Positions 18,253 through 28,477 of a DNA stretch of 64,000 nt are shown here, in pieces. This DNA is from Candidatus Hydrogenedentota bacterium (GTDB taxonomy: Bacteria; Hydrogenedentota; Hydrogenedentia; Hydrogenedentales; SLHB01), in contig CAXXTH010000010.1 in NCBI GenBank assembly GCA_963668025.2, positions 640,001 through 704,000 of the forward strand. The letters run 5' to 3'. A program made the position numbers and the translations under genes. How positions within the stretch are numbered: the first letter of the stretch is position 1; each line of letters starts with the position of its first letter. The notes beneath the pieces are model-generated. The model did no database searches, was not told where the DNA came from, and saw only the letters and a program-made list of their open reading frames with translations.

Positions 18253-18303
18253 ATCTGTTTCCTGGCTTTCGTCATCGCTTCGTGATGGGGACTCAGCGGA
18301 GAT

Positions 18304-18332
18304 ATTATGCATGTATGGGCCTAGCACTTCAA
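18304..18332 (-). promoter_or_regulatory. Sigma70 promoter for tRNA-Val
   Basis: TTGAAG-17 nt-CATAAT on the minus strand. Confidence 0.6.
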
Positions 18333-18357
18333 TAGTAAGTTTTTCAGGTATGAAACA

Positions 18358-19803
18358 TTAGAATGGCACATCCTCATCATCGTAGCCAGCGGGAGGAACG
18401 TCATCGGAATCAGTGGCATGGGCGGCGGAGGGAGCAGCGCCTGCCCTGGCGATGGTCTTAAACCGCTGGATGGGGCGGTCAAACAGCAGATCGAATTTGC
18501 CCGTGGGACCGTTTCGTTGTTTGGCGATGTTGACACGGATCAAATTCTCATTGCCCTCGGTTTCGTGCGCGGGCGGGCGCGCGAGCATGATAACCACGTC
18601 GGCGTCTTGTTCGATGGCGCCTGATTCGCGCAAATGGAAGAGCTTAGGCATGCCGGTGTCGTCTTTTTCGGCTTCGCGGCTGAGCTGGGAAAGGGTGATG
18701 ACGGGCACGCGCAGTTCGCGGGCGATCCCCTTGATCGAGCGGCTGATTTCGGCGATTTCGATCTGGCGGCTTTCGGAACGGCCTGGCGCGCTCATAAGCT
18801 GGAGGTAGTCAATGATGATCACATCCACGTCGTGCTGGGCCTTATGCCGCCGGGCTTTTGACTTCAAATCGAGCACGCTGATATTGGGGGTGTCATCGAT
18901 ATAGAGTTTTGCCTGGCTCAGTGTGTCGGCGGCCCGCTGGAGTTTGGTGAATTCGGCGGACGCAAGGAAGCCCGTGCGGAAGCGGCTCGAATCGATTTTG
19001 CCTTCCATGCACAGCAGGCGTTGGGTGAGCTGTTCTTTCGACATTTCTAGGCTGAAGAGAAGCGAGGATTTGTGCTCCTGCACCGCCACATGCGACGCCA
19101 CATTCAAGGCGAATGCCGTTTTACCCACGGACGGCCGGGCCGCCAGCACAATCATGTCGGACGGCTGGAGCCCCGATAGCATTTCATCCAAGTCTTGGAA
19201 TCCCGTGGGCAATCCCGTGATGCCCGAGTGGGATTTCATCATTTCCTCGATGCGGTGAATGCTGGCTTCGAGGAGGTCGCCCACGCGGGAGATGGGATTG
19301 AGCTGGCGCTTTTCGGCGATGGAGAAAATGCCGGATTCGGCCCTGTCGAGCAAGGTGCTCGTGTCTTCGGGGACCGTGTAGGCTTCGTTGGCGATGTTCG
19401 TGCAGGTCGAGATGACTTTGCGCAGCACCGCCATGTCCAGGACGATTCGGGCGTAATATTCCACATTCGCGGAAGTGGGAACAGCGCCCATGAGCCCGGC
19501 GATAAAGCTTGTGCCGCCGATTTCCTCCAGCCCGCCGCCACGCGAGAGCTGGTCGCTGACGGTAGTGGCGTCCACGGGCGCTGAATTCTGAAACAGCGCA
19601 ACCGCCGCATCATAGACGCGGCGATGCGCTGGCACATAAAAAATGTCTTCACTATCACCGCCGAGGATCTCTATAGCCACGCCGACGGCGTCGTTATTGA
19701 TCAGCATCGCCCCTAGCACCGACCGCTCCGCATCAATGTTCTGAGGCGGGGTGCGGTCGAAGACGGCCTGGGGCTGAGGCTGCGGCTTAGGCTGCCTGGC
19801 CAA
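18358..19803 (-). CDS. dnaB: Replicative DNA helicase
   Basis: PPQNIDAERSVLG, AARPSVGKT, IIDYLQLM, LRESGAIEQDAD. Confidence 0.97.
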   Translation of the reverse strand: MARQPKPQPQPQAVFDRTPPQNIDAERSVLGAMLINNDAVGVAIEILGGDSEDIFYVPAHRRVYDAAVALFQNSAPVDATTVSDQLSRGGGLEEIGGTSFIAGLMGAVPTSANVEYYARIVLDMAVLRKVISTCTNIANEAYTVPEDTSTLLDRAESGIFSIAEKRQLNPISRVGDLLEASIHRIEEMMKSHSGITGLPTGFQDLDEMLSGLQPSDMIVLAARPSVGKTAFALNVASHVAVQEHKSSLLFSLEMSKEQLTQRLLCMEGKIDSSRFRTGFLASAEFTKLQRAADTLSQAKLYIDDTPNISVLDLKSKARRHKAQHDVDVIIIDYLQLMSAPGRSESRQIEIAEISRSIKGIARELRVPVITLSQLSREAEKDDTGMPKLFHLRESGAIEQDADVVIMLARPPAHETEGNENLIRVNIAKQRNGPTGKFDLLFDRPIQRFKTIARAGAAPSAAHATDSDDVPPAGYDDEDVPF

Positions 19804-20325
19804 TTACTCGGAATCCTCGTCCTCGTCTTCGTAGACCGCGTTGACCGGTTCCTCATCTTCTTCCACGGGAACCTCGACGGGCTGCTCGGAGGCGACCCAC
19901 ACCTTGATATGGGCTTCGACGCCGCTTCCCAGTTTCACGCTGACCGTGAAGATGCCGAGGTTTTTGATGGGCTCTTCGAGCTTGATGCTCTTGCGGTCCA
20001 CTTCATACCCTTTGGCTTTGAGCTGTTCGGCGATCATGGCCGATGTGATGGAGCCGAAGAGTTTTTCGTCTTCACCGGCGCGGGCCTTGAATTCGAGCGT
20101 CAGCTCTTCCATGGTCTTGGCCACTTCCTGGAGCTTGGCGCGCACTTTTTCTTCGCGGCGCTTGATCTGGCGCACTTCGTGTTCGACTTGCTTGGCGCTC
20201 GCCGAATCCAGGCTCACGGCCATCTTGCGCGGAATCAGGTAATTGCGCGCGTAGCCGTCGGCCACTTTCACGGTCTGGCCCATGTCGCCCAGACTCGCCA
20301 CGTGTTCGCATAAAATCACTTTCAC
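19804..20325 (-). CDS. rplI: 50S ribosomal protein L9
   Basis: VKVADGYARNYLIP, KLFGSIT. Confidence 0.97.
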   Translation of the reverse strand: MKVILCEHVASLGDMGQTVKVADGYARNYLIPRKMAVSLDSASAKQVEHEVRQIKRREEKVRAKLQEVAKTMEELTLEFKARAGEDEKLFGSITSAMIAEQLKAKGYEVDRKSIKLEEPIKNLGIFTVSVKLGSGVEAHIKVWVASEQPVEVPVEEDEEPVNAVYEDEDEDSE

Positions 20326-20408
20326 CGTAGGAACCTCCCTGCTTCGGAGCGCCTTTTGCGGCGCTCTCGCTATTACGCTTCAGATCATTCTGTATAATCG
20401 TTTTTGCA

Positions 20409-21461
20409 TTACGCGTCGCCGCCGGAGTTGCGCGCTTGGTCCCTGGCTGCTTTCCATATTTCGAGCTTCCGCCGGAAATCGAACCAGGTATCAAACAGGC
20501 CTATGCTCAAGGGCAGCAACCGGCCTGCATATGCCATCAGCACCAAAAAGAGCGCCAAAACCACGATGGTGGGCAACTGCCAAATCCGAAACGCGAACAA
20601 CGCGATGGCCGTTCCGTTTAGCCAATAAATCAGAGCCAACGCGACCGCCGTATTCCATACAAATGGGCGCAGCCCCCATTCGGGCCAGCGCACGTCCGCA
20701 TACCAAAGACCCACCGCAAGTATGGCTGCCCATACGAGCCATTCCGGCGGGCGCATTTGGCTGAATCCGCCTTGGATGCCTTGGCCCGGCAACCGGGTCT
20801 GCACCCAGCGCGCCGTCATGGACACGCAAAAGCAGAACATGAGGACCACCCAGCAGAATACCATGCCCAGGCCCACATCGCCCCAATGCTCCAACAATAG
20901 CCATTGAAACATCCGCGTGGCGATTTCCCCATTTTCGCCTTGTTGTTCAGCGAATTTGAGGCTTACTGCATCTTGGTACGCCAATGCAGCGCGTTCCAGC
21001 CATTGGGGCCATGCCCACACGGCGGCAAGCACAATGCCCGTCATGGCCAAACCGGACGCCATCGCGACAACGCGCCCATAAGTCCACCGCCGCACCATGC
21101 CATATCCAATGATTAGGCCAAGGGCCGCAGCGCAGCCATCGAATAGCACTACAAACCACACCGGCCACGCCATATGCACGCCCAAAGAGGCCGCAATTGG
21201 CCTGGATAACGCCTGGCCCAGGAACGCCCCGATCACGGTGGCCCCTATCAACGCCACGCTCATCCAGCGGCGTCCAGCGGCAATGGCAGCCGCCACTTGT
21301 ATGGGCAGAACGGCAAACTCGATATTGCCGCTGACGCCGCCCATTGCAAACGCCAGCCCCGCCATTCCTTGTGCGGCTATGGCCAGCAAGTACATGATAT
21401 GATCCCTAGCGAAGCGTTTGGCGCTTCGCTGGCCCTGCGGGCCGGCTTCCAACCGAATCAA
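20409..21461 (-). CDS. DUF2232/YybS-family membrane protein
   Basis: Multi-TM, C-terminal [11 protein letters not shown]; canonical position between rpsR and rplI. Confidence 0.85.
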   Translation of the reverse strand: MIRLEAGPQGQRSAKRFARDHIMYLLAIAAQGMAGLAFAMGGVSGNIEFAVLPIQVAAAIAAGRRWMSVALIGATVIGAFLGQALSRPIAASLGVHMAWPVWFVVLFDGCAAALGLIIGYGMVRRWTYGRVVAMASGLAMTGIVLAAVWAWPQWLERAALAYQDAVSLKFAEQQGENGEIATRMFQWLLLEHWGDVGLGMVFCWVVLMFCFCVSMTARWVQTRLPGQGIQGGFSQMRPPEWLVWAAILAVGLWYADVRWPEWGLRPFVWNTAVALALIYWLNGTAIALFAFRIWQLPTIVVLALFLVLMAYAGRLLPLSIGLFDTWFDFRRKLEIWKAARDQARNSGGDA

Positions 21462-21715
21462 TCTGCGACAAATGGCAGCAGAGCGATCTGGCGGGCGCGC
21501 TTGATGGCTTCCGTAAGCATGCGCTGATGCCGCGCCGTAGCGCCCGTGATCCGGCGGGGGATGATCTTCCCGCGCTCGGTGATGTAGTGTTTCAACATCG
21601 CCGTATCTTTATAGTCGATGTATACGACCCGGTCCACCGTCAGCCGGCAAACTTTATTTCCCGGCGAAGTACGCCGTTTCGCTTTTTCTTTGGTACGTGT
21701 TTTGAATCGCGCCAT
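21458..21715 (-). CDS. rpsR: 30S ribosomal protein S18
   Basis: IDYKD...[14 protein letters not shown]...[13 protein letters not shown]. Confidence 0.97.
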   Translation of the reverse strand: MARFKTRTKEKAKRRTSPGNKVCRLTVDRVVYIDYKDTAMLKHYITERGKIIPRRITGATARHQRMLTEAIKRARQIALLPFVAD

Positions 21716-21762
21716 GATAATCTCCTGCTCACCCGTTCGATGCCCGCCTCGATGGAGGGGCC

Positions 21763-22225
21763 TCAGAAGGGGATGTCATCTTCCGGTATCGGTTCTTCGA
21801 TTGTGCGAGGCTGAGGCCTTCCCTGCTGCCCGCTACTACTGCTTGCTCCGCTGCTGCTGTTTGCGCCGCTGCCGCCTCCGCCACTACGGTCATCCCAATC
21901 CAAAATGTGAACCCGTGTGGCGTTCACTTTAATGGTGGTCCGTTTCTGGCCGGTATTTTTATCTTCCCACTCTTCGCCGCGGAGTTCTCCCTCGACGAGA
22001 ATGGGCCGGCCTTTTTTGAGGTATTGGCCGCAATATTCGGCGCTTTTATCCCACGACTTGACGTTGATAAACAGGGTGTCGTTTTTTTGTTCCCCGTCTT
22101 TTGACTTGTATCGCCGGTCTACCGCTAGGCCCATCTCACAGACGGCCATACCCGAAGACAAATAGCGGAGATCCGGGTCGCGCGTCAGGCGGCCTGACAA
22201 AAAAAACGCGGTTCAGTTCCGGCAT
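21763..22225 (-). CDS. ssb: Single-stranded DNA-binding protein, apparent +1 frameshift in T8 at 22199-22206
   Basis: MPELNRVF from ATG 22225 joins LSGRLTRDP...DDIPF only if the T-run is 7 nt. Confidence 0.92.
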
Positions 22226-22265
22226 GCGCAGATCTGACATTCCTCAACCCTCCCGCGGTTTAATT

Positions 22266-22700
22266 CTAATCGTTATCGTCGTCATCATCGTCGTCATCGC
22301 GGCGGCGGCGATGGCGCGGGCGGCTGTCGCCGTCATCATCATCGCGGGAAGCCGCGCTGGCTTGAATTTCAGCTTGTTTTCGCTTGGCTTGTTCTTCTTC
22401 CAAACGCAGCGTCTGCTCATCAAAATGTATGACCAGATGGCGGATAATCGGCTCTTCGAGCCGGAAGTACGTTCCCAGACGCGCAACGAAAGAAGGGGCG
22501 GCGGTGAACCGCAGCAGCACGTAACAGCCTTCGGTAAATTGCTTTACCTTATAGGCCAGCTTGCGTTTACCCCAGATTTCGGAGCGCACGATAGCACCAC
22601 CGGCGTCTACCGCCATGGCTTCCACTTTCTTCGCTATCGCCTGGATCTCATCGTCCCCCAGGTCTGGGCGGACAATGTAGAGCGCTTCGTAAGTCCTCAC
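22266..22700 (-). CDS. rpsF: 30S ribosomal protein S6
   Basis: MRTYEALYIVRPDL, WGKRKLAY, acidic tail. Confidence 0.97.
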   Translation of the reverse strand: MRTYEALYIVRPDLGDDEIQAIAKKVEAMAVDAGGAIVRSEIWGKRKLAYKVKQFTEGCYVLLRFTAAPSFVARLGTYFRLEEPIIRHLVIHFDEQTLRLEEEQAKRKQAEIQASAASRDDDDGDSRPRHRRRRDDDDDDDDND

Positions 22701-22899
22701 GTTCGTTTAACCTCCTTATAGGTTTAGCCAATCATCTCCCGCCAGACGGGCGGGAAGCCACGTATCCTATCAAAAATGCCCCGCCCGCCTCAACCTTTTA
22801 ACGGAATGCAAAATAATCCCGGGGCGCAACGGTATACTCCGAATCGATACTGGCCATTTATTTGATTTTTGTATATGCCGAATCATGCCGGTAATGTAA

Positions 22900-23340
22900 G
22901 CGTGTCCCGAAGGGACAACCCATCATACCCAGGGCCGGCCGCCGCCCGAAGGGCAAGGGAGCCCATGGGAGCAAGCGGACCCTACCACGCGCCCTGAGCG
23001 GTGGGGCAAGCCCCACCTCACAAGATTTTAGTGTGTTTAGCGTATTTAACGGCCTAAAAATGCAGACCTTATGATTGCGGATATGCTGCGCCAGGCTACT
23101 ATATAGCAGACACTGTTTTCTTGCGAAGATTCTAGATTCAAATCCTGTCACATCATATAGTTGCATATCTCGGTTCTTTACATGGCGTTTTGCTTGAGTC
23201 TTACTCATCACATGGGCGAGACGCCCATGCTACGTGAGTAAAACCTCTGGAAAAATTTATTGGCGTTCATTCGCGTCCATTCGCGGTTTAAAACGGGCTG
23301 TTTGGTTGCGGCCATGCCGCGTTAAGTTCATCAGTGGTTG
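22900..23340. repeat. Intergenic cluster of REP-like palindromes and short repeats
   Basis: gtcccgaagggac, ggtggggcaagccccacc, catgggcgagacgcccatg, cattcgcg x2. Confidence 0.5.
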
Positions 23341-23348
23341 CATTCCTA

Positions 23349-24926
23349 TCATTTAGCCGTTGGCGGCGAATGATCGGCGTTCTTGCTGGTCATCTCTCCA
23401 GAAAAGCGCACTTCGCCTAAGGGCGCATCTTCCATGTTGGGTGAGCCGGACCAGGACGAATTCTCTTTGGCGACATTGCAGCGGTGGCGAATAAACTCGA
23501 TACGCCATGTTTCACCTTCGCGGGGTGCGCGGATGAGATCGGGGAATGGAATGGCCAGCTCCGCCGCCCATCCAGTGGGATAATCTTTCACGGCGGCGCG
23601 CCAAGAGCTGTCCCAAGACGCATCGCCATTCATGCTGTCGAATTGGCTGCCGCGCGCATTGAGCACGAAGCGATACAGGGGCCCTTGGGGCGGCGACGCC
23701 AGCACCTCGAAGGATTCTTCCTCCCACAGAGCGGCGTCACGGGGATGCTCTTGCGCCGCCAAGGTATCCATGCGCGGCTCGCGCAGATAGGCGGCGATGT
23801 AGAGTGCGTCCGCATCATGGGCGATGCGGATCGTCGTTTGGGCTTCCGCGAAGGCATCTTCGCCTTGGAGGACAAATCCTTCTGCCTGGGCCTTGCGCGG
23901 CCAGGCAGGCTCCTTGAAGTCGGCGTCCAGTTTTGGCGGGGCGGCTGTATACGCACTTTCCGTGGCGGCGGCGGGCTTCAACGCAAACACGCGCGGATTG
24001 CGCAACACTGCTGATTCCGCGGCCGAGACGGCGGTGATGCGTAAAAAACGGGCGTCCACGGGTTTGCTGGGAAGGACGGGGCCTTGGACTCCGCCGGGCT
24101 GTGCAGAAGTCCACTGTTGGATTAGCGCATATTGCTGGCCGTCTTTGCTCGATTCCAGGCGTACTTCCGTCGAGCCCGCCGTGTCGAAGTCGGCGCGGCA
24201 TATGGGCCCTGGCGGTGACAAGAAATCGAACACCGCCCGCGCTTCATGCTCGATATCCGTGAATTCGGGCTTGCCTCGAAATTCGAGGACGCGGCAGCCC
24301 GGCGGGATATTCAAAGGGCGGTAGGGCAGGATGAAACTGCGGAACAGCACTGTTGAAGGTGCGAACAGGTTTCTCGAGCGAATGGTCTCGATGATGTCCT
24401 TGCGGCGCGCATCATCGAAATCCGGGTCCAGCTTCGCCTGCGCTTCTACGATATCCACGAGGCGGCCCGTATCAAATGTGTCCGTGGCCTGGGCGCGCTC
24501 CATTTCGAGAAGCTGCCAGCGCACCATGTTCTCATATAAATCCACTACCGGGCGAATGGCCTCTTTGCCATACCGTTTCTCGATTGCATCCGCCTGGCTC
24601 TTCACTCGCTGGAGGGCTTCACGAGGCTCGATATTGCGCAAGGTTTGGCGGTTGGCATATGCGGTCAGCGCGGCAAGCACGTCGCTGTAATCGGGCTGTT
24701 CCAGCCGCGCCCCGAAACAGGCGTTCAGCCCGCCAGGCCACGGGTCCGTGGAATTGCCGCGCGGTTCTTTGGTTGTTTTTTCTGTTTTTAGGCTGGGCGC
24801 GGAAACCGCTGGCGCGGTTTTGTTCGGGGAGAAGACGCCTTTATTGCCTGAAGGCCCGGCTGCCGCCTGAGTGGCGCATAATGCAATGAGGGCGGCGCAA
24901 GCAGTGGCGGGACAGAGCCATTTCAT
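23349..24926 (-). CDS. Secreted protein with C-terminal CBM9/DOMON-like domain
   Basis: Signal peptide; PPKLDADFKEPAW, HDADALYIA, RDAALWEEESFEV, WAAELAIPF. Confidence 0.75.
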   Translation of the reverse strand: MKWLCPATACAALIALCATQAAAGPSGNKGVFSPNKTAPAVSAPSLKTEKTTKEPRGNSTDPWPGGLNACFGARLEQPDYSDVLAALTAYANRQTLRNIEPREALQRVKSQADAIEKRYGKEAIRPVVDLYENMVRWQLLEMERAQATDTFDTGRLVDIVEAQAKLDPDFDDARRKDIIETIRSRNLFAPSTVLFRSFILPYRPLNIPPGCRVLEFRGKPEFTDIEHEARAVFDFLSPPGPICRADFDTAGSTEVRLESSKDGQQYALIQQWTSAQPGGVQGPVLPSKPVDARFLRITAVSAAESAVLRNPRVFALKPAAATESAYTAAPPKLDADFKEPAWPRKAQAEGFVLQGEDAFAEAQTTIRIAHDADALYIAAYLREPRMDTLAAQEHPRDAALWEEESFEVLASPPQGPLYRFVLNARGSQFDSMNGDASWDSSWRAAVKDYPTGWAAELAIPFPDLIRAPREGETWRIEFIRHRCNVAKENSSWSGSPNMEDAPLGEVRFSGEMTSKNADHSPPTAK

Positions 24927-26152
24927 GAATGCTTTTCCTTCTTCTTGGCAATGGGCTTCTTTTTCCCCGGTTCAGGAGGCGCGGGCGGTTCGGGAGGTTT
25001 CGGGCTTGCAGGCTCGGCGGCTTCGATGCCATACGGGCGCACGATAATGCGGCGCAGAACGCCTTCTCCGGCGGCGGGTGTTTGGATGCTGAGGGTCTTG
25101 CCCCAAGGAGCGCCGCCCACCAGCCGGGGCTTCTGTTCCTCTTCCGGCGCATCGGGGTTGGGCTTCCATGGGGCCGCTCCCGTGCAAATCGCATCGAGGG
25201 GATCGTCAATAAACAGCGTCAATTGCTCGCGCATGGGCATGAGGGCGGCGGGGCGCGCCCCGAAGCCGATGCTCCACCGCGCGCCGATCAGGGCGCGCCG
25301 TTCTTCATGGATGCGCCCACTATCCGGCCCTAGGCTGGCTTCCGTGAAGGTGGAGATATATCCGTCTTGGCCATACGTGAAAGCATACACGGGTTCGCCA
25401 AAATAGGCGGAATACGCCGCCTGGCCATCCGCGCCCGGCGACAGATATGCCGGCAATGGGCATGCTTCAATCAAGGCGTATACACGTTGAAATTCTTCTT
25501 CCGAGCCATGGGCCGTCAGGGGGCCTGTTACTAAAACAAACGCCGGGGCGGGCGGCGGCTCGGGAGGCGCTTGCTCCGTTTCCGTCTCAGGCGCGGCGGC
25601 GGCTTTCTCTTGCGGTGCGGGATTGAGCGCAGGCTTGGGCGCGTGCGCTTCGGGCTTGGGCGGCTCCGGCAGGGGCGCGCAGGCTTCTTCGAGCAGCGCC
25701 GCGAACACGGCGTCCGGCGTTTCCCCGATGCGCGGCCCTGCGATATGAATCACGGCATACGAGTCCGGAAACGATGCAACTACGAAAACAGCCTTGTTTA
25801 AGCGTATGCCGCCCGGTTCCACGTCCATCACAAGGGAGTACGCACCTGGTGTCGCTTGCGCGGGAATATGGCACAGCGCCACGGCATGAACGCCTTTCGT
25901 GGTCCATTCCACTTCGAGCGGGAGCGGCGAGGTTCCTTCTGGCCCTTCCAGTCGCAATGCGGGCTGCCCGCTGGCCGCATCTGGCTGGGCCTGCACCTCG
26001 AATGCGCCGCCGGGCAATACGATGGCGGGCATGCCCACATGCGGTGATTGGATTTGCGCCAAATGGCTGGGCTGGCCTTGCACCGCCGTGCTAACCGCCG
26101 TTAATAGAAAAATCGCGAGCCACCGCGTCATGGCTTGCTCCTTGGACGCCAT
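24923..26152 (-). CDS. Secreted hypothetical protein, degenerate metallophosphoesterase-like
   Basis: Signal peptide; FVLVTGPLT, LPAYLSPG resemble calcineurin-like motifs without the metal ligands. Confidence 0.55.
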   Translation of the reverse strand: MASKEQAMTRWLAIFLLTAVSTAVQGQPSHLAQIQSPHVGMPAIVLPGGAFEVQAQPDAASGQPALRLEGPEGTSPLPLEVEWTTKGVHAVALCHIPAQATPGAYSLVMDVEPGGIRLNKAVFVVASFPDSYAVIHIAGPRIGETPDAVFAALLEEACAPLPEPPKPEAHAPKPALNPAPQEKAAAAPETETEQAPPEPPPAPAFVLVTGPLTAHGSEEEFQRVYALIEACPLPAYLSPGADGQAAYSAYFGEPVYAFTYGQDGYISTFTEASLGPDSGRIHEERRALIGARWSIGFGARPAALMPMREQLTLFIDDPLDAICTGAAPWKPNPDAPEEEQKPRLVGGAPWGKTLSIQTPAAGEGVLRRIIVRPYGIEAAEPASPKPPEPPAPPEPGKKKPIAKKKEKHS

Positions 26153-27273
26153 GCCGGGGCGTATACAGGCCCGCTGGCGTCGAGTAATCTGCGCGGCTCT
26201 TGGCCATTCGAGTGGGATACATACACGGCGGATGCGCCGTTTTCATCGCTGGCGTAGGCCATCCATGCGCCATCGGGCGACCAAGACGGCCCCCAGCAGT
26301 CGCTATCCGCATGAACCGCGATAGGATAAGCCAGCGCCGTATCGGTATTCACCCGATAAATGCCCCGGCGGCCCGAACGGAACGATTCGAACGCCAGCCA
26401 GTCTCCCTTGGGCGACCACACGGGATTCCAGTCTCCTGCGTGATGATTCGACACATCTAGCGCACCCTTGTACGACAACACGAAGAGCTCCCGGTCGCCA
26501 CCGTCATTAGACTCGAACGCCACTTTGCTCCCGCCGGGATGCATCGCCGGATTCCACTCCGCATAACTGCCCACGGAAGGCATCACCTTCGATGGCAGCG
26601 GCAAAGCGTGTTCCGGCGTCACCACGAAGATATCCGTGCTCAAGCCTCCTGCCGAGTCCATGCGAAGCCCAATGGCGAGCAGCGTATTGGCGGGATTGGG
26701 ATGTATTGCCGCCCACGCTTGGGCTTCGGGGCCGCCCATCGTTTCGAGCTGGTCCTGCAATGCGGCAATGAGAAGCGACTCCTCGCCTAGCCATACGGGC
26801 CGCATCAGCCCTTTTTGCCCCCCGCCCCATACGGCCTCTTGGTTTGTATCCATATCCCAGACATGGATGGTAGAGGCCTGCGGCTCGCCATCGTGGGCGG
26901 AATAGGCGATGCGCGGATGGTATTCCCGCCCCTTTTCCTCCGGGAGTGACGACCACGCCGGGTCTTGGCTCCAAGGCGTCTGGGCGGGCAGCATGCGCCC
27001 TCCGGTGTTATCCGGGCGGACGGCATAAATGCCCGATTGGCCATTCGAGCCGCATTCGAAGGCTATCCACGCCCCATCGGGCGACCACACGGGCGGGCCA
27101 ATGGAGTCGCTGGGCGCGCCCATATAGGCCACCTGCAGATCCGCCAGTGAAACGACGCCAGCTTGCCGCCCCTCGATGCCGCGCTCGAAGACGCACGCAA
27201 TATGCCCTTCAGGCTCCGAAGCGCACAAAGACGCTATGATCAAAAAAATCGTTTGAGACAACATGGCGGGCAT
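26128..27273 (-). CDS. TolB-like PD40 beta-propeller protein
   Basis: Repeated PVWSPDG / PSWSPDG / AFES motifs. Confidence 0.8.
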   Translation of the reverse strand: MPAMLSQTIFLIIASLCASEPEGHIACVFERGIEGRQAGVVSLADLQVAYMGAPSDSIGPPVWSPDGAWIAFECGSNGQSGIYAVRPDNTGGRMLPAQTPWSQDPAWSSLPEEKGREYHPRIAYSAHDGEPQASTIHVWDMDTNQEAVWGGGQKGLMRPVWLGEESLLIAALQDQLETMGGPEAQAWAAIHPNPANTLLAIGLRMDSAGGLSTDIFVVTPEHALPLPSKVMPSVGSYAEWNPAMHPGGSKVAFESNDGGDRELFVLSYKGALDVSNHHAGDWNPVWSPKGDWLAFESFRSGRRGIYRVNTDTALAYPIAVHADSDCWGPSWSPDGAWMAYASDENGASAVYVSHSNGQEPRRLLDASGPVYAPAWRPRSKP

Positions 27274-27382
27274 TCTACCAGAGCCAGGCGGTGGACTTCA
27301 CGGAGAAGAGGAAGATACATTGGGAAGTTGTTCAGACGAATAGGATCTTTTACACTAGCAATGGATGGCAGGAGGATGAATT

Positions 27383-28477
27383 GTGGATACGCCAAAGCCG
27401 AAACGGCTAAGATTGCAACGTCTAGAGATTCAAAACATAAAAGTTTTGGATTCTTTTGAGATCGATCTACCAGCTCCCAGCATGGCAAACGAGCCAGATG
27501 TATTTGTCTTCGGAAGCAAGAACGGATTTGGGAAAACGTCTTTTCTTGAATCATGTGGATTGTTGCTTCTCTTGGGGATGTATGAGAAAGGAAGGTATGA
27601 GTTTAAAGAATATAGTGATAGGCATGTAGATTTGATAGATATCCTTGTACGGTCCGGAGAAAAAGTAGCGCAGATTAATGGGAGAATTGACATAAATCTA
27701 CAATGTATTGATATTGCTATTTCTTTAGACAGATCAGGTAAAGTGAAAATAAGCGGCGATAGCAGAATTCTTCAAGAGATATATAAGCCACCTGGAGTAT
27801 ATTCAAACGAGATTCTAAATCAATTCCTTTTTTCTTTGTTTGGATTTGACGGGGAACCGCTTATTTTGCCGGGCTTGGTTTTTTTGCATAGTTATCGCAA
27901 AATCCAGGAAGGGAACCCAGAACTAGGGATTATGGTTTCCGCCGAACGCCAATATGAAAGATCTATTCGGTTTTTTCCGAAAAAATGGGAATCTTCGGTT
28001 AATAGATTTAAACTTGAAGTTCTCCGTTTCATGATGGCCAAAGCGAATTTATTTGAAAATAACGAGCATGATCAATCACAGGATGAATTGCAGCAGCTAA
28101 ACGAACTCGTACGTCGCTATACAGGTGGCACGATTGAAAAGTTACGTCCTTCTCCGGACAACACATTAGGTTTAAGGGTTACGCCAACAAATGGTGGCCC
28201 CTCATTTGCGTTTGATGGCCTTAGCTCCGGTCAGAAAGAAATCATTTCGACGTTGTTTCTTATCTGGTTTTCCTCAAAGAACCAGCCATGTATTGTGTTG
28301 ATCGATGAACCGGAATTACATTTGAATGCGGAATGGCAGCGAGATTTCGTGCGCCAGCTTCATCAATTAGCCCCATGGAACCAGTATATCATCGCGACGC
28401 ATTCACAAGATATTTTTGAATCCGTTCCACAGGAGCGGCGCTTCTTGCTCGTTGCTGGCAAGGATGGCAAAGCATGA
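27383..28477 (+). CDS. AAA_15/AAA_21-type ABC ATPase (AriA-like)
   Basis: GSKNGFGKTS, LSSGQKE, VLIDEPELHLN, IIATHS; AGGAGG RBS before GTG; low GC. Confidence 0.85.
   Translation: MDTPKPKRLRLQRLEIQNIKVLDSFEIDLPAPSMANEPDVFVFGSKNGFGKTSFLESCGLLLLLGMYEKGRYEFKEYSDRHVDLIDILVRSGEKVAQINGRIDINLQCIDIAISLDRSGKVKISGDSRILQEIYKPPGVYSNEILNQFLFSLFGFDGEPLILPGLVFLHSYRKIQEGNPELGIMVSAERQYERSIRFFPKKWESSVNRFKLEVLRFMMAKANLFENNEHDQSQDELQQLNELVRRYTGGTIEKLRPSPDNTLGLRVTPTNGGPSFAFDGLSSGQKEIISTLFLIWFSSKNQPCIVLIDEPELHLNAEWQRDFVRQLHQLAPWNQYIIATHSQDIFESVPQERRFLLVAGKDGKA

Noticed and set aside
18413-27200. Numerous antisense ORFs over housekeeping and secreted-protein genes
   Set aside because: Shadow frames expected in GC-rich coding DNA
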